DNA from: Rhizophagus irregularis
Lineage: Eukaryota
DNA: 64,000 nt
NCBI RefSeq assembly: GCF_026210795.1
Contig: NC_089429.1
Coordinates: 1,550,001-1,614,000, forward strand
Direction: 5' to 3'
Numbering within the stretch: position 1 is the stretch's first letter; the number at the start of each line of letters is the position of its first letter. Below are positions 55,589 to 64,000 of this stretch, one piece after another. Made by a program: the position numbers and the translations under genes. The notes below the pieces were generated by a model. The model worked only from the letters and a program-made list of their open reading frames with translations, was not told the DNA's origin and ran no database searches.

Positions 55589-56372
55589 TGTACGATAATA
55601 AAAATATCAGACAAATAAAATCAGCATGATCCTATAGGGCCGTGCGATAATAATTTTTTATTGTATGAAAAAAAAATTATTATAGTTGGAGACAAATATT
55701 TAATAGTATAAGACAATAATAAGTGGGTATATCTGGATGACATTATTAATAGCCATATCTATTCGATGAGCGTCTCTACAAAATGATCTTTATTTCAAAC
55801 TCTAATTTTCTGATTATCACTTTCTATTCACTTTTTAATGCAAGAAAAATCATCCACCATTTGCGTAAAATTCTTGAAGAATATCTGATGGTTCATGAGT
55901 TTTTTGTAAATTTTCCAAAATACCAAGCAAAAATATAAAGCAATAAATATTATTATAAGAAAAGAATAATCACATTATTGAAGAATCAATATGATAAGGT
56001 TGTATAGTAGGTAAAAATTATTTAATCATTAATTATTTATTTAATTTAGAAATGAAAGTTGGACTCAATTCCATTCATCATATCTTATCTTAACTAAGAC
56101 AAAGGGGCCTTTGGTGATTAATTATTATCATACTATATTATTTTGTAACAAAGTTAAGTTAACCTATTAAACAGAAAGTGGGCCAAAAATAATCCATCAT
56201 TCCCTTTAAACGAAGAAATCATATTAGTAAGTGTAAGAGTGATACTAAATTTATATCTATCACCAACAATTTCAATTGAATTCATATAAGTAATTTTATG
56301 GGGGTTTAGGAATATCAGGGTTTTTTTCCCGAAGGGAAAAAACCATGGTATTCCACCCACATGAAATTACTA

Positions 56373-58293
56373 AGTTATACCCAGGAGCGTGTGACTTATG
56401 ATCACTGTATTATCACGTGTATGATTATAAACTTTTTTACTTTTTTTATACTTTTTATACTTTTACTATCACACGTACAAATTATTTTATTTTCTTCCCT
56501 TAAATATTTTTCTACGTTCTTTAAACAAAATAATTTTCTTTTACATACAACTGAAGACTGAAAGGATAAAGATGGTAATTAAAAAGCATATTTCTATTTT
56601 CTTTTTTTTTTTTGAAATAAATAGATAAACTAATAAAAAAAATTGATATTTCAAGGAAACCTTATCAACTAGCTCAAATAATTCTACTAAAACGAACAAG
56701 TTAACAACATATGAACGATTTGTTATTCCTACAAATAAAGATTTACAAGCTATTCAAGCTTATTCTCGCGTTGCTAATACAGATGATAGTACTAAAACTT
56801 GGATGAATCTTTTTAATTCCTATAGAGAAGCAGCCAATTTTACTAATCCTCTTGAACTATTGGATGATACTACATTACAAGAACAGCTTTGTCAATTTTT
56901 TTGTGGTGTTAGAAAATCAGGAAAAAAAGAATATGCACCTTCTTCATTACATGTAGGCTTTGCTGCAATTGCTAGAGGATTGTCAGATATTTTTTATCCA
57001 AATAGAATTATTAATATTCATGATAAACACAAATGGAAACGATTACATGAAATTTTTGATGGTCGAATTAAACAAATTCAAGACAATCAAGATACATCCC
57101 GTAAGAAAACTGATGCACTTGAAATGTGTGAGATTAAAACTATCCTTGATTCACCAAATATACAAACTGATACACCAAAGGGTCTTACATACCGTGTTTG
57201 GTTTTGGTTAACACTTCTTTGCAATCTGCGTGGTGGTGATCCAAAAAGACTAAAAAATTCCTGGATTGTTCTCAATGAAGATCACAGTATTGAAGTAAAT
57301 ATACCTCGTGAGAAAAATAATGCAGGAGGTGCCAAAAATCCTTACAATTCTGGTCGGCATAATTATATTCCTCCAGATTTACCAAATAATTATTCACCAG
57401 TGGCAGATATTCTATTATATCAATCTAAAAGACCAAAAAACTGCAAAACTTCAGAGTTTTTTTTAAGAATAAATACACCACGAGAAATATATCATGGTAA
57501 TTGGTTTTCTGATTTAAAACTTGGCAAAAATTCTCATGATAATATGCTTAAAAATATTGTGGCAGATTGTAAAATTGATGCAAATGGACGTAATCTTGTC
57601 AATCATTCAATGCGTTCAACTGGAATTTCTTTATGGATGTTACTTGGTATATCTCATGCAGAACAGATGGATATTACAGGACATAGAACACTTGCTGGGA
57701 TTTCTGCATATTCAACTTCAACTGCTCAACAAAGAAAAAAAATGTTTCACTTCTTATTCCCCAAAAAAGAAATGCGGATGATCTTAATGAAGAATGTTTA
57801 ACTAAAAATTTTTCTAACAAAAAACAAAATCCTTTAAGAGAAAATACATCGGGAAATCAAGGTACCATAATTTTCCATATTTATTTTTTTACTTTTAATC
57901 TGAAAAATTAAATATTCTTTTTAGGTTTTATTCCTGCTTCTCAATTATTACGATATGATCAACTTGAAATACAATCTTTAGAACAAGACCATAAAATAAC
58001 TCAAGATTCATCAAAATTACCAGTAATTAATATTGAAAATATTAATATTCAAAATTGTAATAATGTAAAAGTAGAAGTTATTGTTAAACCATTTGAATAG
58101 TTAAATAAATAGTGTAGTAATGTAATTTTATATATTTGTAATAATGAAAAAATAATTTGAGGAGTATAAAAAAGTTTATTGCTATGAAAAAAACTGTATA
58201 AAAATTTCATGGGAAAAAAAAGCTTATACTTTTAATTAGGGAAATTACAATGTTCTATATCATAAGTCACACTTAGTGCGACGGGGTATAACT
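56373..58293 (+). mobile_element. Crypton (tyrosine-recombinase DNA transposon)
   Basis: YR gene bounded by inverted ends AGTTATACCC..GTGTGACTTATGAT / ATCATAAGTCACAC..GGGTATAACT; no clear long TSD. Confidence 0.82.
56572..58100 (+). CDS. Crypton-type tyrosine recombinase (DUF3504-like), 3 exons, frameshift in A-run at ~57735
   Basis: ATG|intron|ETLS..ERF..NT..STKTW; VRKSGKKEYAPSS; catalytic LRGGD, NHSMR, TGHR, AY. The alternative frame continues to INIQNCNNVKV..PFE*. Confidence 0.88.
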
Positions 58294-59022
58294 ATAAAAA
58301 TATTTCTGGGGAAAATTCCAACGAATGATCATTTTTCTAGTTTTCATTCCAAAAAATGATCAATTTTCTAAAATTTTTTTATAGGGTAATTAGTAATTTG
58401 TCTAATTTCAGATTATTCTTCACAAACGGGTAAAAATGGGTAATACCCGTTTTGTGTCTGCTTTATGTTGACACATGATAAAGAGAATTTACAGAATTAT
58501 AATTCATTACATAGAAACATGTGAATATTTTTTAGTTATATAGATGACTTTATTAAGATCTCTTATTCAACTAGAAATTTCTTTCTGAAATTTTATTACA
58601 AAAAAATGTTAATAGACTCGCTCATACATAAGTAGATTTAATGGTAATAGAAGCCATTTTAGATAATAAATAAAAATAGAATTTGCTTTTTTTACCCATG
58701 TTTTTATCGATATAAGAATAAATTACATATTTTGAAAATATGGGAATCTTATATTCGTTAATCCTTATCAGTTTATTTACATTACTTTAATATTCAAATT
58801 CTTATTTGCAAATCAAAGTAGTTTAATTTATTAAAGTAAAATTAGCAAAACAAGAATGTTTAATTTAGTAGACTTTATGATTTAATATATTACACGTGAC
58901 TTTATGCGACATACAGTATACTCAAGCTTTTTCAAAACCATTACTAATTCACTTCATACTTTTCTCATACAAGTTAGTTCAACATTTATATACGGTATAC
59001 AGGTTTGTAAAAGCTTTATTTA

Positions 59023-60669
59023 TTAATATTGTAAATAATTATTTACATAACTATATGTATCAATATGTAAATTATTGTATTTTTGAACTACAATATTATG
59101 TAATTTAAATTCATTTACTTCGTCTTTTAAAAAAAACAATTCTTTGTCATCAAAATCTTCTTTTAAAATAGCCAAATATTTAACCCTTTCCTTCTTCATA
59201 ATATATTTCTTTATATAAAATGAAATATCAATATTTTCATCTTCATCTACAATTATTTGTTTAATTAATAATTTCTTAATAAAAGTATTTTGTGAATTTT
59301 TTAAAAATATTTCCAAATCATTTGTAGTAAATATAAGAGTTAAACATAAATATTCTAATTTAGAAGGAAGAACTTGTCCTAAATTTCGTAATACAGTTGA
59401 ACTCACATTATAAACAGCATAATGATCATGAAAATCTGCTTCAATAGTAAGATAATTAATATTATGTTGATTATTTTTAATGAACAAGTAAGTATTATTA
59501 TCGTCAGGTAATCCCGATTCAAAATATCTAATCTTTTTACAATATTTCGTAATAAATTCAAATAATTGTCGTTTTGGTTCATTATATTCGTCTATTATTT
59601 CATCTATATTTCCAAATCCAAAATTTTCTAAACAATCACCAAATTTCTGTAATAGTAATAGTAATGATTCAATATGTATTATTTCACTCATAATCAAAGT
59701 TTTCAATTTAAAAGGTTTAGTAACCTTAATAATTTGTTGAATAGAATCAGAATTTAAATATTCACAATAAATAAGATGAATAGATTCTAAAACATTTAAA
59801 TGATCAAAAACCTCTTGTAAAATATTAATTATATTTTTAAAATTAATTAAATAAAATATAATTGTATTTAAAGTATTTGAACAATTAGAAGTTTTTAATG
59901 ATAAAAATGGGTTATATAATTTAACAAAAGATCCAAATGAAATTTTTTTGAGATTATGTTGTGAAATAATTATTTGTGTTAAACATTTTTCAATTAATGG
60001 ATAATTATCAATCATAAAAATATATTTAGGAAAATTAATAATAATCGATGAAATTGAATTGCAATTAGAATATAATAATTTCAAAAATGGAATAATATTT
60101 TGAGATAAAGTACCAAAACCACGGAATGTTAACCCTCTGATATTATTTATAAGATTTGGATTTTGTAAAATCAAATCCATGTTATTACTAAAATAATTAC
60201 AACTATTACCAATAGACAGTACAGCTTCAAAAGAATGTAAACTTCCTTCATTTTCAATGAATACTTCAAATAAAGACCTATAAACTAAGTTTTTTAGATT
60301 ATCATCGTATTTATCCATTAAGGTATCAACCCAATATTTAATAGAATTACAAATTTTATTTGTATTTAAGTATTTAATAAAACTAGGATAATTGAATAAT
60401 TTATTTGAAAGTAATAAATTATTAATTCCATATTCATTAAACTTTGCTTTTCCATCTTCATTTAAAAAGCATAAATAAATTTCAATAAAATGATAATTTT
60501 TAGTTGGATTTGAAAAAGGATCTTCCCATAATAATGGAATTGCTAGATGACACCATAATCTATTAACTAATATACATGAATGTAATGTTTTATAATCATA
60601 GCGAAAATATTGTATAACTTCATTTATTAACTCAGGTAAATCTCCTGAACATATTTTTGAGCATGCCAT
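59023..60669 (-). CDS. F-box-like MACSK paralog 5
   Basis: 548-aa intact ORF with the same N-terminal motif and C-terminal FLKNSQNTFIKKLLI..LKDEVNEF. Confidence 0.88.
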   Translation of the reverse strand: MACSKICSGDLPELINEVIQYFRYDYKTLHSCILVNRLWCHLAIPLLWEDPFSNPTKNYHFIEIYLCFLNEDGKAKFNEYGINNLLLSNKLFNYPSFIKYLNTNKICNSIKYWVDTLMDKYDDNLKNLVYRSLFEVFIENEGSLHSFEAVLSIGNSCNYFSNNMDLILQNPNLINNIRGLTFRGFGTLSQNIIPFLKLLYSNCNSISSIIINFPKYIFMIDNYPLIEKCLTQIIISQHNLKKISFGSFVKLYNPFLSLKTSNCSNTLNTIIFYLINFKNIINILQEVFDHLNVLESIHLIYCEYLNSDSIQQIIKVTKPFKLKTLIMSEIIHIESLLLLLQKFGDCLENFGFGNIDEIIDEYNEPKRQLFEFITKYCKKIRYFESGLPDDNNTYLFIKNNQHNINYLTIEADFHDHYAVYNVSSTVLRNLGQVLPSKLEYLCLTLIFTTNDLEIFLKNSQNTFIKKLLIKQIIVDEDENIDISFYIKKYIMKKERVKYLAILKEDFDDKELFFLKDEVNEFKLHNIVVQKYNNLHIDTYSYVNNYLQY

Positions 60670-60829
60670 GTTGGTAAAGGAAAAAGGAAGTATAAATTTT
60701 TGTACAATTTATTTAATATTCCATAAAAAGATAACAAAACCAAAAATAATATGTAAATCATTCCTTTTTTAAATAATTCATTTTAATTTTGGCCTGTCAA
60801 TTTCTTTTATTTGTTACAGCGTACAAAGT

Positions 60830-61680
60830 ATATAAATAGGTAACAAGAGACCAGCACTCATTTATTCTTCAGGCCAAAATTACGTAATGCCGCTGGAATT
60901 ATTCAAAAAAGGAAGGATCCACCCATTATTTTAGAGATATACCTCACGTTTGTGTTTTCCTTAAATCGACAATTTTCTAAACAAACCGTGAGCAAATACT
61001 TCAATAGATTACGCCAACTCCTCAAAGAAAAATATTACGCTATATTTCACAGGCTAGATATTGACAAAGAAAATAAAAAAAGAACTAAAACTTTTATCCG
61101 ATTCAGTTCCGGTGAACACGTGATTTACATAGGCTTCCATCACCGATGCGAAAAAATCAATAATGACACGTTTCGTGTTTTACCACCCGCCTTCGTGACG
61201 TCAAAAAACCGTTGGCGTTGTGGACACTACGTCAAATCCATACCATTACTTCACCGAACACATACATTAGCGAAAGACCCACGCTTCTACAAAGACCAAA
61301 TGAAAAAGATGCTAACAAAAGGCAGCATCGACCAATAAAAAAGTGTCAAAGAAATTCACTCGGCTCGTCTCGGCATAGCTTACACCGTTACAATTAGAAA
61401 ATACAATCCCGGACTCGGAAACCGTTACCCTGATTTTAAACGCATGGTTGAACAAACCAAAAGGATAGATTTCCACAACCGATTACTAGCGTACAATGAC
61501 CATATTACAAAGAATATTCCAAGTTACGGTTCGACGTCGTTCGATCATCACAACAAATTGAACGATGGAACCGCCTTACATGATGCACTTTAAATTCTAG
61601 GAAAAAGATTTCTTTTATCACACAAAGCCCAGGGAACAGTCATCTAATCCCTTGGTGTTTAAACAAATCCAACATCTACC
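60830..61680 (+). pseudogene. Broken basic ORF of unknown function, possibly a repeat/retroelement remnant
   Basis: Higher GC, coding-like composition, 128-aa ORF followed by stops and frameshifts; no recognisable catalytic motif. Confidence 0.3.
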
Positions 61681-61694
61681 CGAAAAATTTTACG

Positions 61695-61962
61695 TTTTTT
61701 AAAAATGTTTTTTATTTCTTCTAATGGAAAAACATCGGGTTTGACTAGAAAATATTTTTTTATTTCTTTTAATGAAAAAATGTCGTGTTTGACATTTATT
61801 ATTTTTTTTTAATGAAAAAACGTCGAACCTGACGTTTTTTATTCTTTTTTAATGGAAAACCGTCAAATTTTATTAAAAAACGTTTTTTTTTTCTTTTAAT
61901 GAAAAAACGTCAGATTTATTTTTTTTAATGAAAAACGCCGGATTCAACGTTTTTTTATTAAA
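61695..61962. repeat. Degenerate ~35-45-bp tandem repeat
   Basis: TTTTAATG(A/G)AAAAA(C/T)GTC repeated ~6 times. Confidence 0.7.
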
Positions 61963-64000
61963 AAAGTAGTATTTACTAAATCTTAGATTAACATTTACAC
62001 TAACCCAACTCCCCTCTAAACATGAACTCTTGTATTATAATAACGACAAAAGGTTAAGAGTCGGATATTGATTTTCATTCGAAAAGTTAATCATTCGAAA
62101 TTGATTTGCAGATCAAATTCCGATAAAAAGAATATGGAAGCCCAAACTATCTTTTTTTTTTCCATAAAATTACGTTAATTGACTAGATAACAATATAGTA
62201 GCATCATGTTTATTTTTCACTTTATTCAATTGATTGTTATAGGGTTCAGTCTATTTCACCGATAATTATTTCATCGACGGTTCAACTTACCGATAGTGAA
62301 TTAATTATAAGTAAATTAAAAATAAAAGGAAAAAATATACCTTTTGTATGAAAAAAATTACATTTTTATTTAATATAAAGCAAAAAAACTTCTAATTACT
62401 AAATAACATTAATTATAATTCATTAAATATTGCAAAGTATTTTTAAGTATATTAATAAACATTAATTTTTTGCGAAATATTTTAAAAATCTTTACATTTT
62501 AAGAAAAATATTTAATTGTCCGAAGAGTTAGCGAAAGGACTATTTACCGTACTGAAGTAACAAAATTTGTTTTTGTCACAATAGACAATTTTATTGAATA
62601 TGTATTACGATTTATATAACATTACCTATATGACCCCCTGAAATACGCCAAATAAATATACTGTATGACACGTAGATCAACTTGCGACGTATTAATAAGA
62701 AAAATATTGATTTTACAATGAGGACATTATTACTTGTGAATAGGAATTGCAATTTACAAGCGCTGATCATTTTCGCTTTTTTTTTTAATATTTTCAATAT
62801 AAATCATGCAATTTTTTAAAATTTTATCAAAAATGGACCAGTATTTTTATTCTTAGAGATTTCGAGCATCCTTAACTACGCATTATGTGTACGATATTAA
62901 CGTACGCACTGGCCGGAGTTAAGTTTAACGCTATCACGTGCAAATGCATAACTGGTAGGATGTACGTACGCACGGTGCGTACGTTAAGGAACCTCAGAGA
63001 TTTCATTTGAGCCATATTTAAATAACAATGAACACGATAATAAATTAAGCTCAAAATTGTGACTTTTATTTCATTGTTTTGTTGATCAATCATCAACTCA
63101 ACTATAACCGACATTATAAATAAAATAAAGGACTTGGACTGAAAGACCGGTTTTTTGTGATCCAACCCTAATTCAGAGACATAATATATTATAAACTGAA
63201 TAAAATATATATAAGAATATTTATGTTTTTAAGGTAATATATTCATTCATTATCTTGAATTTTTTAAAAAATTAGCGTTGTGAAGCAAGATTATTTTGTG
63301 CTACATCATTTCCTAAATTTTGCAGCATTTTGAATATATTTCAAGATTATCCGATACCTTCATCATACATAACAATATCCTAACATCAATATTCCATTTG
63401 AATACCCTTCTTTTAAATAATTCAAAAAGCTTTAATATAATCTTTTTCAACACCTATTGCATTTTTATAACAAATACCAAAATATACATTGCTATCATAT
63501 TACCGTTATTTGAAATTAGTTTTATATGATCAAGATCTTTCAGATACTGTGAATATAGGATTAAAACTCATTTTATCTTTCAAGGTTATGAAACAGAAAT
63601 TAAAAATCTTAAAGATCGGATTTCTAAACTTTTAGCTGCTGATGTTGCTGTTAAGGAACAACTCGTTTCAATAATTGGAACGTGCTGAAGAAGAATATAC
63701 TATTATTAAAGCTCAATATGAACATAAATTGACTGATATACAAGAAGCTTTAATTACCTTACAACAAGAAAGAAATGCTGCTGTTAAACGTGCTTAAAAT
63801 GCTAGTCTACATATATATAAAATAATAAGGATTTCACAAAAATTCGTTGATTTTAAAAGTAGATTTATCAACATATTTTGAAGATAGGCAAATTTTAAGT
63901 CAAAGAATCGATTTTTGGCATTTATTTTACTCTAGCTGTTTTGATTAAAAAAGTTGAAATTTTTTTTACTTTGAAAATTGAATATTTATACACAATTTTA

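Noticed and set aside
56803..57801. Phage integrase or bacterial horizontal transfer
   Set aside because: Spliceosomal introns, host-like AT content and Crypton-type motifs indicate a eukaryotic transposon
63490..63800. Coiled-coil coding remnant
   Set aside because: Frameshifted and short, with no recognisable family

Overview
This is very AT-rich, intron-containing eukaryotic DNA. Its gene families (MACSK-type F-box/LRR-like paralogs, TKL-like kinases with HRDxHSGN, BTB-BACK-TLDc, BTB-SPRY) are typical of arbuscular mycorrhizal fungi (Glomeromycota, Rhizophagus-like); the taxon is an inference. The window is a transposon-rich accessory region. At 1-12 kb, a decaying CACTA/EnSpm transposase gene is followed by two spliced genes that the ORF track largely misses: a Myb/SANT-like Q-rich pseudogene and a Thr-rich/polyQ double zinc-knuckle gene. 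The rest holds a complete hAT element with a perfect TSD, a Crypton tyrosine-recombinase element and many MITEs from several superfamilies. It also holds two TKL kinases, one BTB-TLDc gene and five F-box-like paralogs. The most notable observations are: (1) a ~4.6 kb palindrome made of two broken F-box paralogs, a candidate hairpin-RNA/siRNA source for the family; (2) a Pack-MULE-like element carrying a captured kinase fragment; (3) a MITE carrying telomere-like repeats; (4) a motif shared upstream of four F-box paralogs. All calls were made by eye, with no database searches.
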